From Trueperaceae bacterium (lineage in GTDB: Bacteria; Deinococcota; Deinococci; Deinococcales; Trueperaceae), in assembly GCA_040905465.1 (NCBI GenBank), contig JBBDRK010000042.1, positions 18,918-33,468 on the forward strand: a stretch of DNA of 14,551 nucleotides, in the 5' to 3' direction. This document shows positions 1-8,955 of the stretch, one piece after another (the stretch's first letter is position 1; every line of letters starts with the position of its first letter). Made by a program: the position numbers and the translations under genes. A model generated the notes under the pieces. It was given only the letters and a program-made list of their open reading frames with translations, had not been told where the DNA came from and made no database searches.

Positions 1-612
1 GTCGCCACTATCACCGGCACCATCACTGGTGTCATCGCTGACCCCATTGCTGACTTCATCGCCGTCATCTTGCCCAGCGCCAACGGTCAGCACAGTGGCG
101 GTACCGCTGGTATAGAGGTCGATGTCGCCGGCAATCGCCAACGACTGCCGGGCGATCTCCTCGGCTCCCAAGTCGGAGTGGCGCAGCAACGCCAGCGCGG
201 CAGCCTGGGCGTAGGGTCCGCCCGACCCTACCGCCACTACCGGCTCGTCGGGAGAGATCACGTCGCCCATTCCCGAAAGGGTGAGGATCTGCTCGGCATC
301 GGCGACTATCAGCATCGCCTCGAGGTTACGTAGCACCCGGTCGGTACGCCACTCCTTGACCGTCTCGATCGCCGCCTTGACCAGATTCCCGCGACTCGAA
401 TCGAGGTGGCCCTCGAACTTGTCCAGCAGCGTGAAGGCGTCGCTCACCGCGCCGGCGAAGCCGACCAGCACGCGCTCGTCGTGGAGCATGCGGACTTTCA
501 CCGCTCCCTTTTTCACTATCGTGTCGCCGAGCGTCACCTGGCCGTCTCCCGCAATCGCCGAGATGCCGTTTCGGTGCACCGCGACGATGGTTGTTCCGTG
601 CATTCGGTTCAT
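1..612 (-). CDS. hslV: ATP-dependent protease HslVU (ClpYQ), peptidase subunit HslV; 3' end truncated by window edge
   Basis: Hand translation of the minus strand from ATG 612: MNRMHGTTIVAVHRNGISAIAGDGQVTLGDTIVKKGAVKVR...GFAGAVSDAFTLLDKFE...EWRTDRVLRNLEAMLIVAD...VGSGGPYAQAAALALL...AGDIDLYTS. Contains the N-terminal nucleophile Thr (HG|TTI), GDGQVT, GFAG, WRTD and GSGG motifs of HslV. No stop before position 1. Alternative start is ATG 603. Confidence 0.96.
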   Translation of the reverse strand, partial: MNRMHGTTIVAVHRNGISAIAGDGQVTLGDTIVKKGAVKVRMLHDERVLVGFAGAVSDAFTLLDKFEGHLDSSRGNLVKAAIETVKEWRTDRVLRNLEAMLIVADAEQILTLSGMGDVISPDEPVVAVGSGGPYAQAAALALLRHSDLGAEEIARQSLAIAGDIDLYTSGTATVLTVGAGQDDGDEVSNGVSDDTSDGAGDSGD

Positions 613-620
613 ATTGCCGC

Positions 621-629
621 ACTCTAACA
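621..629 (-). promoter_or_regulatory. Putative extended -10 promoter element for hslV
   Basis: Minus strand reads TG-t-TAGAGT followed by 8 nt and the ATG at 612. No Shine-Dalgarno is visible. Confidence 0.5.
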
Positions 630-780
630 GCTTGCCAAACCAGCCAGAGTCGTCGGGAGCGAGGCCGGCGACGGCTCGTCTGCCGCCGGGGACAGGCGCT
701 CCGAAGCGGATGCAACCGGCATGCGACGCCCGACCGGGGATGCCGTACGACCTTTCGCAGCCGGAGCGCGTGCGCCGCGA

Positions 781-786
781 TAGCAT
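781..786 (+). promoter_or_regulatory. Putative -10 element for a leaderless tdk transcript
   Basis: TAGCAT (TAnnnT) lies exactly 6 nt before ATG 793. No SD and no recognisable -35. Confidence 0.55.
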
Positions 787-792
787 GGCCCA

Positions 793-1401
793 ATGCCATT
801 CTTCGAATTCGGTGGCGGCCGCCTCGAGGCGATCGTCGGTCCAATGTTCAGCGGCAAGTCCGAAGAGCTGATCAGACGCGTGAACCGGGCGCTCATAGCC
901 CGTCAGGAAGTGCAGGTGTTCAAGCCTGCGATAGACGATCGCTACGAACTAACGGCGGTTGCCTCCCACACCGGCAGGCGCATGGAGGCGCTGCCGGTAG
1001 ACGGAGCCGCGAGCATCCGTGCGCTCCTGCGCGAGGACGTGCGGCTGGTGGCGTTCGACGAGTGCCAGTTCTTCGAGGAGGATATTGTCGAGCTGGCGCT
1101 CGAGCTCACCGACGACGGCAAGCGAGTCATCGTGGCGGGCCTCGATCTCGACTTTCGAGGCGAACCTTTCGACCCCATGCCGCGCCTGTTGGCGCATGCG
1201 GAGTTGGTGGAGAAGCTGACCGCCATCTGCCGTTGCGGCAGGCAAGCGACCCGAACCCAGCGGCTTATCGCGGGAGCCCCAGCCCATTACGACGATCCGG
1301 TGATCCTGGTGGGGGCGGCCGAGCGTTACGAGCCGCGCTGCCGCGAGTGCCACGTGGTGCTGCGCGAAGCGCGTTCGATGCCGCTGTTCAGCGGTGTCTG
1401 A
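793..1401 (+). CDS. tdk: Thymidine kinase
   Basis: Walker [24 protein letters not shown], Walker [21 protein letters not shown], Zn-binding lasso ICRCG...YEPRCRECH. Confidence 0.97.
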   Translation: MPFFEFGGGRLEAIVGPMFSGKSEELIRRVNRALIARQEVQVFKPAIDDRYELTAVASHTGRRMEALPVDGAASIRALLREDVRLVAFDECQFFEEDIVELALELTDDGKRVIVAGLDLDFRGEPFDPMPRLLAHAELVEKLTAICRCGRQATRTQRLIAGAPAHYDDPVILVGAAERYEPRCRECHVVLREARSMPLFSGV

Positions 1402-1517
1402 ATCGGGGTAGGCGACAAGTACAAGGCATCACGGATTATCTCCACAAGTGGCAACGCGGTCGCCCTCTCGCGTAGCGTAATAAACTGGCGTCACCTGTCC
1501 TGTTTCGGAGTTGATTA

Positions 1518-3494
1518 GTGCATACGGAGAATCATTCGCAGACGGCCGCTTTCCTCTGGTCGATCGCTGAACTGCTACGAGGGGATTTCAAGCAGTCCCA
1601 GTACGGCCGCATCATCCTCCCGTTTACCCTGCTGCGGCGCATGGAGTGCGTGCTGGCCGATACCAAGGCCGCGGTACTGAGCGCAGCCGGCGAGCATACC
1701 GGCAAGTCCGAAAATTTGAGGGAACAGCTGCTGCTACGGGCATCTGGTCAGCAGTTCTTCAACACCTCGCCGCTCACGCTCGCCACCTTGTCGGACACGC
1801 AGACCGCCGACGATCTGATGAGCTACGTGCAGTCGTTCAGCCGGGACGGGCGGGAGATCTTCGAGCACTTCCATTTCGAGGACTTCGTGCAGCAGCTCAA
1901 ATCCAACGACTTGCTCTACCAGGTGGTGCAGCGCTTCGCCTCGGTCGACCTGAGCCCGGCGAGGATCAGCAACTTCGGCATGGGCATAGTGTTCGAGGAG
2001 CTGATCCGCAGGTTCGCCGAGAGCTCGAACGAGACCGCGGGCGAGCACTTCACCCCGCGCGACGTAGTACACCTCACCACGTCGCTGGTAATCACCGGTC
2101 AGGACGAGAAGCTCAAGCCTAACGGAATCGTCACCATCTACGACCCGACGGCAGGAACCGGCGGCTTCCTCTCGGAGGGGGACGAGTACATCCAGTCGAT
2201 CAGCGAGAAGGTCACCGTGTCGCTGCACGGCCAGGAGCTGAACCCGGAGTCGTACGCGATCTGCAAGGCGGACATGCTGATCAAGGGTCAGGACGTGAGT
2301 AACATCAAGTACGGCAACACCCTTTCGGAAGATCAGCTCGCCGACCAGCGGTTTGACTTCATGCTCAGCAATCCACCTTTCGGGGTGGAGTGGAAGAAGG
2401 TCCAGAAGCAGGTAAGGGACGAGCACACCAAGCTCGGGTTCGGCGGCCGTTTCGGCCCAGGGCTCCCGCGAGTGTCCGATGGTTCCCTCTTGTTCCTGCT
2501 GCACCTGGTCAGCAAGATGCGTGACGCCCGCGAGAGTGGTTCGCGAATCGGCATCATCCTCAACGGCTCTCCGTTGTTCACGGGCGGCGCCGGCAGTGGC
2601 GAGTCGGAGATCCGCCGTTACCTGATGCAGTACGACCTGGTGGAAGCGATAGTCGCCCTGCCGACGGACATGTTCTACAACACCGGCATCGCCACGTACG
2701 TCTGGCTGCTGAACAACAACAAGTCTGCCCGTCGCAAGGGCAAGGTGCAGCTGATCGATGGCAGCGAGCACTTCAGCAAGATGCGCAAGTCGTTGGGCAG
2801 CAAACGCCAGTACATCAGCAACGAGCAGATCGCTGACCTGGTGCGCTTGTACGGCTGTTTTGAGGAGACGCCCAAGAGCAAGATCTTCCCCACGGAAGCG
2901 TTCGGCTACCGGCGCATCACCGTGAAGCGGCCGCTGCGCCTTTCGTTCCAGGTGAACGAGGAGCGAATCGCTTTGGTGCTGGAAGAAAAAGCCGTCCAGA
3001 AGCTGGACGAAGAAGCGCGAGAGCGGTTAATGGGGGCTCTGCGGGCCATGGACGGCAGCGCTGTGTACATGAACCGAGAGCTGTTCGCGACGGAACTGGA
3101 GGCGGCGCTGGAGAAGTGCGGAGTGCCGGCGAGCGCGGTGGTCATGAAGGTGCTGATCAACACCTTGGGCGAGCGGGATCCTGATGCCGACGTCTGTATG
3201 AGCAAGGGGCAGCCCGAAGCGGATACCGGTCTAAGGGACTACGAGAACGTGCCGCTGGGCGAGTCGGTCTACGAGTATTTCGAGCGTGAGGTGAAGCCGC
3301 ACGTGCCGGACGCCTGGATCGACGACTCGAAGGTCGACGCCCAGGACGGCCAGGTGGGCGTGGTGGGCTACGAGATCCCGTTCAACCGGCACTTCTACGT
3401 GTTCAAGCCGCCGCGTCCCCTGGAAATGATCGATAGGGACTTGAAGATCAGCACGGACCGGATCAAGCGGATGATCGAGGAGTTGTCGGCGTGA
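1518..3494 (+). CDS. hsdM: Type I restriction-modification system methyltransferase subunit M (m6A)
   Basis: HsdM N-terminus (FLWSIAELLRG...ILPFTLLRR), GEHFTPR, SAM-binding YDPTAGTGG, catalytic NPPF, LPTDMFYNTGIATY. GTG start preceded by GGAG at 1507-1510. Confidence 0.97.
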   Translation: MHTENHSQTAAFLWSIAELLRGDFKQSQYGRIILPFTLLRRMECVLADTKAAVLSAAGEHTGKSENLREQLLLRASGQQFFNTSPLTLATLSDTQTADDLMSYVQSFSRDGREIFEHFHFEDFVQQLKSNDLLYQVVQRFASVDLSPARISNFGMGIVFEELIRRFAESSNETAGEHFTPRDVVHLTTSLVITGQDEKLKPNGIVTIYDPTAGTGGFLSEGDEYIQSISEKVTVSLHGQELNPESYAICKADMLIKGQDVSNIKYGNTLSEDQLADQRFDFMLSNPPFGVEWKKVQKQVRDEHTKLGFGGRFGPGLPRVSDGSLLFLLHLVSKMRDARESGSRIGIILNGSPLFTGGAGSGESEIRRYLMQYDLVEAIVALPTDMFYNTGIATYVWLLNNNKSARRKGKVQLIDGSEHFSKMRKSLGSKRQYISNEQIADLVRLYGCFEETPKSKIFPTEAFGYRRITVKRPLRLSFQVNEERIALVLEEKAVQKLDEEARERLMGALRAMDGSAVYMNRELFATELEAALEKCGVPASAVVMKVLINTLGERDPDADVCMSKGQPEADTGLRDYENVPLGESVYEYFEREVKPHVPDAWIDDSKVDAQDGQVGVVGYEIPFNRHFYVFKPPRPLEMIDRDLKISTDRIKRMIEELSA

Positions 3495-4843
3495 GCTTCC
3501 CGAAGTACCCGAAGTACAAGGAGTCGGGGGTGGAGTGGTTGGGGGAGGTACCGGAGCATTGGAGACTGCGGCCACTCTGGACGATGTTCCGTAGAGAAAA
3601 ACGAACCGGCTTCCCGGAAGAGCCGTTACTCTCGGTCTATCGTGATTATGGAGTAATTCCAAAGTCGTCACGTGACGACAATTTCAATAAAGCTTCGGAA
3701 GACTTGGCTGCTTATCAGTTGGTGCTTCCTGGTGATTTAACAATCAACAAGATGAAGGCGTGGCAAGGTTCCGTCGCAATATCGGGACACCGAGGAATAG
3801 CCAGTCCTGCATACCACGTTTATCAGAGCCATCATCATGAAAGTCGTCGGTACCTTCACTACCTTTTTAGGTCGGCAGAGTATATTTCCAGCTACCTTTC
3901 GCGCTCAAAAGGAATTCGAGTCAATCAGTGGGATCTGGAGCCCCAGCAGCATTCGAGGATGGCTGTTCTGATGCCTCCCAGGGAAGAACAATGCGGCATC
4001 GCGCACTTTTTGGACGGCGAGACCGCCAAGATCGACGCCCTTATTGCTGAACAGCAACGCCTGATCGGCTTGCTCAAGGAGAAGCGCCAGGCAGTGATTT
4101 TGCAAGCAGTGACCAAGGGCTCCGATCCCTGTGTAACGATGAAGGATTCTGGTGTGGAGTGCCTGGGAGAAGTACCGGAACACTGGCAGATCGCAGCCTT
4201 GAAGAACTACGTGCATGTTATTGACTGTAAGCATGTGACGGCCGACTTAACTGACCAGGGATATCCGCTGGCGAGTATCCGAGAGGTCCAAGAGTTCGAG
4301 GTCAACTTAGCAACGGCGAAGAATACCAGCGAGCACTATTATCGGATTCTCACTGAAGGAGGGCGAAAGCCGAAGGTTGGTGACATTATCTATAGTCGAA
4401 ACGCAACTGTGGGCGAGGCAGCGCTCGTCGCCTCGCACGAAGATTTCGCGATGGGACAAGATGTATGTCTGCTTAGATGGAAACGACAGGAAATGTCCTC
4501 TGCCTACCTAGGCTATCAGTTGCGGTCGCCAGCAGTACTCTCGCAACTTGAGCAGTTAATGGTCGGTGCAACTTTTCGACGGATAAATGTAGACGCGATT
4601 CGACAGTATATTGTGGTTGTTCCGCCACCAATTGAGCAACACGCCATTGCTAACCACCTGGCAGTATTACTTTCCGAGATCGATGCTATGCGGAATGATG
4701 CGGACGGTTTGATCGCCCTTCTCCAGGAACGCCGCTCCGCCCTGATCTCCGCCGCCGTCACCGGCAAGATCGACGTTCGCAACTGGCGGCCTCCGAACGA
4801 CCAGCAGCCCCCTGAGCCCGCAAGGGAAGTGGTTCATGGCTGA
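3491..4843 (+). CDS. hsdS: Type I restriction-modification system specificity subunit S
   Basis: Two-TRD architecture with repeated conserved segments KESGVEWLGEVPEHW / KDSGVECLGEVPEHW, PPREEQ / PPPIEQ, and C-terminal LQERRSALISAAVTGKIDVR. GTGA overlap with the hsdM stop. Confidence 0.96.
   Translation: MSFPKYPKYKESGVEWLGEVPEHWRLRPLWTMFRREKRTGFPEEPLLSVYRDYGVIPKSSRDDNFNKASEDLAAYQLVLPGDLTINKMKAWQGSVAISGHRGIASPAYHVYQSHHHESRRYLHYLFRSAEYISSYLSRSKGIRVNQWDLEPQQHSRMAVLMPPREEQCGIAHFLDGETAKIDALIAEQQRLIGLLKEKRQAVILQAVTKGSDPCVTMKDSGVECLGEVPEHWQIAALKNYVHVIDCKHVTADLTDQGYPLASIREVQEFEVNLATAKNTSEHYYRILTEGGRKPKVGDIIYSRNATVGEAALVASHEDFAMGQDVCLLRWKRQEMSSAYLGYQLRSPAVLSQLEQLMVGATFRRINVDAIRQYIVVVPPPIEQHAIANHLAVLLSEIDAMRNDADGLIALLQERRSALISAAVTGKIDVRNWRPPNDQQPPEPAREVVHG
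3518..4186 (+). repeat. Diverged 45-nt direct repeat (3518-3562 and 4142-4186) encoding the conserved segments preceding each HsdS TRD
   Basis: aaggagtcgggggtggagtggttgggggaggtaccggagcattgg versus aaggattctggtgtggagtgcctgggagaagtaccggaacactgg. Differences are mostly third-position. Confidence 0.85.
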
Positions 4844-7800
4844 CAGCAGGGAGACGGTCTTCCAGCAGGAGATCATCGACGCCCTGTGCGCCCAGGGTTG
4901 GTGCGTGGGCACTTCGTCCGGTTATGACCGTGCCAATGCTGTCTATACCGAGGATCTCCTGGGCTACTTCGAGGATGCGTATCCGGAGCGTTTGGAGAAG
5001 TTCCGCAAGAACAACCCTATCGATCCCGAGAAGACGCTGGTGCGGCAGACCGTGCGGGCGTTGGAGCAGGACGGGACGCTGAGTGTGCTGCGGCACGGTT
5101 TCAAAGTGCCCGGCGTCGAGGTCGAGCTTTGCAGCTTCAAGCCAGACCACGGCATGAATCCGGAATCGCTAGTGCGCTACCGGGCCAATCGACTGCGGGT
5201 GGTCCCCGAGCTCTCCTACTCCCCCTTTGCTCGTGACGGCGAGCACAACCCTCGGCTCGATCTCGTCCTGTTCGTAAACGGCATCCCCACGGCGACCTTA
5301 GAGTTGAAGAGCGAGTTCAAGCAGCCGGTGGAGAACGCCAAGCGGCAGTACCGCAAGGATCGGCCGGTCAAGGACCCGCACACGCGAAAGCCTGAGCCGC
5401 TGCTGGCGTTCAAGCGGGGCGCGTTGGTTCATTTCGCCGTGAGCCAGCATGAAGTTGCGATGAGCACCCGGCTCGGCGGCATCGACACCGCCTTCCTGCC
5501 CTTCAACCTAGGCAGCGAGGAGGGTGGCGCCGGCAACCCGAGGCCGGAACGCGAAGACGCGTACGCCACGGGGTACCTGTGGGAGCGGCTGTTCCAGCCG
5601 GACGCATGGCTGAAGGTGCTCGGTCGCTTCCTGCACCTGGAGAAGAAAAGGGTGGAGGACTTTTTCGGCAAGGTGACGACTCGGGAGACGATGATCTTCC
5701 CTCGTTATCACCAGTGGGAGGTCGTCAACGAGCTGGTCGAGACCACCAGGCAAGAGGGACCGGGAAAGCGTTACCTGGTGCAGCACAGCGCCGGCTCGGG
5801 AAAGTCGAACTCGATAGCCTGGACGGCGCACCAGCTTGCGTCGCTTTACGACGGCGATGAGCGGCGCTTGTTCGATTCGGTGATCGTGGTGACCGACCGG
5901 ACGGTGCTCGACAGCCAGTTGCAGGACACCATCTACCAGTTCGAACACGCCCAGGGCGTCGTTGTGCCGATCACGAGGGATATCGGCAGCAAGAGCAAGT
6001 CCGAGCAGCTGGCGGAAGCTCTGGCGGCCGGAACGCGAATCGTGATCGTTACGATCCAGACCTTCCCGGCGCTCTACGACGCCTTGGACAAGTACCCGAA
6101 GTTGGCCGCCGGTAGTTACGCGGTCATCGCCGACGAAGCCCACTCTTCGCAGACCGGCACTTCAGCCAATAAGCTGAGGGCAATACTCGGGAGTGACCGA
6201 CCAGATGACGAGGAGATCAGCGCCGAGGAGCTCCTTCAGGCGGCGGTAGCTTCCCGCAGGCCCAGCGACCGCATCAGCTACTACGCCTTCACGGCGACTC
6301 CCAAGGCCAGGACCCTGGAACTCTTCGGCCGGGCCCCCGACCCTTCCTCGCCCCCGAGCAGCGACAACAAGCCCGAGGCGTTCCACCTCTACTCGATGCG
6401 TCAGGCGATCGAGGAGGGTTTCATCCTCGATGTGCTCAAGCGCTACACGCCCTACAGCACGGCCTGGAAGCTCGCTCACCCCGATGACGACGATGAGGTG
6501 GACTCGAAGCGAGCCAGGAGGAAGCTGGCGCGCTGGGTGCGGTTGCACCCGTACAACATCAGCCAGAAGGTGGAAGCCATCGTCGAGCACTTCTGCGAGC
6601 ACGTTCGGCACCTGTTGGATGGCCAGGCCAAGGCGATGGTGGTGACGAGCAGCAGGCAGGAAGCGGTGCGCTACCAGTTGGCAATGCTCGCTTACGTTAG
6701 AGAGAAGAGTTACGGCGACGTGCACCCGCTGGTGGCGTTCTCCGCCACGGTTCTGCCGGACGAGGTCATCCCCGAAGAGGTGAGCGAGAACAGCCGGCTG
6801 CTCAATGCCGGCCTGTCAGGCCGGGATTTGGCCGAGGCCTTTGACACGCCAGATTTCAATGTGCTGATCGCCGCGAACAAGTTCCAGACCGGGTTCGACC
6901 AACCGAAGCTGTGCGCGATGTACGTGGACAAGAAGCTGCAGGGCGTGGATTGCGTGCAGACGCTATCCAGGCTGAACCGCACCTTCCCCGGCAAGGAAAC
7001 CTTTATCCTCGACTTCTTCAACGACCCTCAGGACATCCTGGAAGCGTTCCTGCCGTATTACAACAGGGCCGAACTGGCCGACGTCTCGGACCCGCAAGTG
7101 GTGTACGACCTGCAGAAGAAGCTCGATGAGGAACAGATCTACCATCGAGATGAGGTCGAGCGGTTCGCGGAGGCGTTCTTCGACCCGAAGGCGGCTACCG
7201 CGAAGCTGAGTTACTACTGCATCCCCGCCAAGGAGCGGTTCGCCGGCAGGTTCAAGGCCGCCGAGGAGGCCAGGCGGCAGGCGCGGACCATACGCGGCAT
7301 CGCGGAGCGCAACGGCGACAAGGTGGGGGTGCAGAACGCCGAGCACGCCGAGAAGGAGGCCGGCGAGGCTGTTGACCAGCTGGAACTGTTCAAAAAGAAC
7401 TTGAGGAGCTTCGTGCGAGTGTACGAGTTCCTCTCCCAGATCATCGACTACGACGATGTCGAATTGGAGCAGTTGAACGTCTACGCCAGTCACCTCTACC
7501 CGCTGCTGCAGGCCAACCGGCTGGAGGAGGCCGACGTGGATGTCTCTGAGCTGTCGCTCACGCACTACCGGCTGACCAAGCAGGCCGAGTTCAGGCAGAG
7601 ACTGGATGAGGAGACCGGCGAGTACACCCTCAAACCCATCAGTGACGTCGGCAGTGGCAAGCCCTTCGATCCCGAGAAGAGACGCCTCTCGGAAATCATC
7701 GAGGCCCTCAACGATATGTTCGGAGCAGAGGTCAGCGACGACGACAAGCTGCACTTCGCCTCCGGTGTTGCTGATCGCATCTGCCGCGACGAGGACGTGA

Positions 7801-8012
7801 TGACCCAGGTGAACGAGCACACCCCGGAGCAGGTGATGCACGGCCTGTTTCCCAGGCGGGTCGTGGATGCTGTCATCGACGCCATGACCGATCACGAGAA
7901 GTTGTCGATGGAAGTCTTGGACGATGAGAGCAAGAGCCGCAACTTCGCTTGGTTGATATTGAAGATGCTTGCCGGCACCGGCCCGGCGTCGGGCCCCGGA
8001 CGCGGAGCCTGA
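4836..8012 (+). CDS. hsdR: Type I restriction endonuclease subunit R
   Basis: PD-(D/E)xK nuclease motif RLDLVLFVNGIPTATLELK, Walker A HSAGSGKS, DEAH box IADEAHSSQ, FTATPK, TGFDQPKL, QTLSRLNR. 8-nt overlap (ATGGCTGA) with hsdS. Confidence 0.97.
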   Translation: MADSRETVFQQEIIDALCAQGWCVGTSSGYDRANAVYTEDLLGYFEDAYPERLEKFRKNNPIDPEKTLVRQTVRALEQDGTLSVLRHGFKVPGVEVELCSFKPDHGMNPESLVRYRANRLRVVPELSYSPFARDGEHNPRLDLVLFVNGIPTATLELKSEFKQPVENAKRQYRKDRPVKDPHTRKPEPLLAFKRGALVHFAVSQHEVAMSTRLGGIDTAFLPFNLGSEEGGAGNPRPEREDAYATGYLWERLFQPDAWLKVLGRFLHLEKKRVEDFFGKVTTRETMIFPRYHQWEVVNELVETTRQEGPGKRYLVQHSAGSGKSNSIAWTAHQLASLYDGDERRLFDSVIVVTDRTVLDSQLQDTIYQFEHAQGVVVPITRDIGSKSKSEQLAEALAAGTRIVIVTIQTFPALYDALDKYPKLAAGSYAVIADEAHSSQTGTSANKLRAILGSDRPDDEEISAEELLQAAVASRRPSDRISYYAFTATPKARTLELFGRAPDPSSPPSSDNKPEAFHLYSMRQAIEEGFILDVLKRYTPYSTAWKLAHPDDDDEVDSKRARRKLARWVRLHPYNISQKVEAIVEHFCEHVRHLLDGQAKAMVVTSSRQEAVRYQLAMLAYVREKSYGDVHPLVAFSATVLPDEVIPEEVSENSRLLNAGLSGRDLAEAFDTPDFNVLIAANKFQTGFDQPKLCAMYVDKKLQGVDCVQTLSRLNRTFPGKETFILDFFNDPQDILEAFLPYYNRAELADVSDPQVVYDLQKKLDEEQIYHRDEVERFAEAFFDPKAATAKLSYYCIPAKERFAGRFKAAEEARRQARTIRGIAERNGDKVGVQNAEHAEKEAGEAVDQLELFKKNLRSFVRVYEFLSQIIDYDDVELEQLNVYASHLYPLLQANRLEEADVDVSELSLTHYRLTKQAEFRQRLDEETGEYTLKPISDVGSGKPFDPEKRRLSEIIEALNDMFGAEVSDDDKLHFASGVADRICRDEDVMTQVNEHTPEQVMHGLFPRRVVDAVIDAMTDHEKLSMEVLDDESKSRNFAWLILKMLAGTGPASGPGRGA

Positions 8013-8122
8013 CGGGCCGACAGGGTACCGTTGGCTCGCCCCGCACGGTGGCATCAAATGTCGGCGTCATGGGGCCGGACGATGTGGCCGCCGAGTAGCC
8101 GTAAACCGTCAGTCTGGAAGCA

Positions 8123-8155
8123 TGCTACGGTTGCCGGAACATCAAACCTGGGAGG
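8123..8155 (+). promoter_or_regulatory. Putative extended -10 and Shine-Dalgarno for the CPT-like gene
   Basis: TG-c-TACGGT at 8123-8131 and GGAGG at 8151-8155, 10 nt before GTG 8166. Confidence 0.45.
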
Positions 8156-8165
8156 TTCCGCTACC

Positions 8166-8834
8166 GTGCAGCCAGGCACCGTCATCTATCTTAACGGCAG
8201 CTCGAGTGCCGGCAAGAGCACCCTCGGGCGTGCCCTCCAGGAAGTCCTCGGTGCCCGCTACCTCCTCCTGGGCATCGACTCGCTGTTCGGCGCCGTGACC
8301 GGCCGGCTGATCCGAACGTTCCGGGTGGGCTCTCCGGAGATTGCCGAGTGGAGCGGCATCGCCTGGGTTTTCGACGAGGCCGAGCACGTTCAGGGGATCG
8401 AGTTCGGGGAAGAGGGCCGCCGCCTGCCCTACGGGCTGCACTCGATGGTCGCCGCCCTCGCCAGCGAGGGCAACAACGTGATAGTCGACGACGTGATCAT
8501 GGAGCCCGACATGGCGCTCCACTGCGCGGTCGCCCTCGCGGAGACGCCTGCGCATCTCATAGGCGTCCGCTGCGCGCTCGAAGTTTTGGAGGAGCGCGAA
8601 CGGGCGAGGGGCGACCGCCACAAGGGCCTCGCGCGCTACCTCTACCAGCGGCCGCACCTGCACATCCCCTTCTACGACTTCGAGGTTGACAGCGGCGCTG
8701 CTTCCCCGGATGCGTGTGCCTCCGCGATCAGGGACTACCTGGAGGCGGGATCGCCACCCCGGGCTCTTGCTGCGCTACGGTCATCGCTGACGGCAAGCGC
8801 ACGGACGTCCGAGCTCGGAGCCGTTGCCGACTGA
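8166..8834 (+). CDS. Chloramphenicol phosphotransferase (CPT)-like P-loop small-molecule kinase
   Basis: VIYLNGSSSAGKSTL Walker A, LGIDSL (Asp at the catalytic-base position), GNNVIVDDV, lid ERERARGDRHKGLA, YDFEVDS. Start moved from 8031 to the in-frame GTG 8166 on SD evidence and because the domain begins there. Confidence 0.88.
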   Translation: MQPGTVIYLNGSSSAGKSTLGRALQEVLGARYLLLGIDSLFGAVTGRLIRTFRVGSPEIAEWSGIAWVFDEAEHVQGIEFGEEGRRLPYGLHSMVAALASEGNNVIVDDVIMEPDMALHCAVALAETPAHLIGVRCALEVLEERERARGDRHKGLARYLYQRPHLHIPFYDFEVDSGAASPDACASAIRDYLEAGSPPRALAALRSSLTASARTSELGAVAD

Positions 8835-8955
8835 CATCGCCCTCAGGGGCAGACACGCCGCCCCTTCGGATTGCGGCTGAAAGCGTCACCAGTCACGCTC
8901 TTCCTGTAAACCGCCCCGGTTGATGCAGGTCACAGGGCCGCCCAGCCTGCTGGCG

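Noticed and set aside
1436-1446. DnaA-box-like ttatctccaca upstream of hsdM
   Set aside because: Needs a 2-nt insertion relative to TTATCCACA and is single-copy.
3499-3545. Phase-variation tract at the hsdS 5' end (cccgaagta x2 and two G5 runs)
   Set aside because: Only two repeat units encoding the ordinary PKYPKY N-terminus. G5 runs are too short for high-frequency slippage, and there is no second hsdS or invertase.
8031-8165. 45-aa N-terminal extension of the CPT-like ORF
   Set aside because: Not domain-like. Promoter-like and SD signals lie within it and point to GTG 8166.
1402-8165. att-like direct repeats flanking the R-M operon (shared ggcatca, ggcgtca heptamers)
   Set aside because: The matches are only about 7 nt and not collinear enough to exceed chance. 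No recombinase or tRNA target is present.
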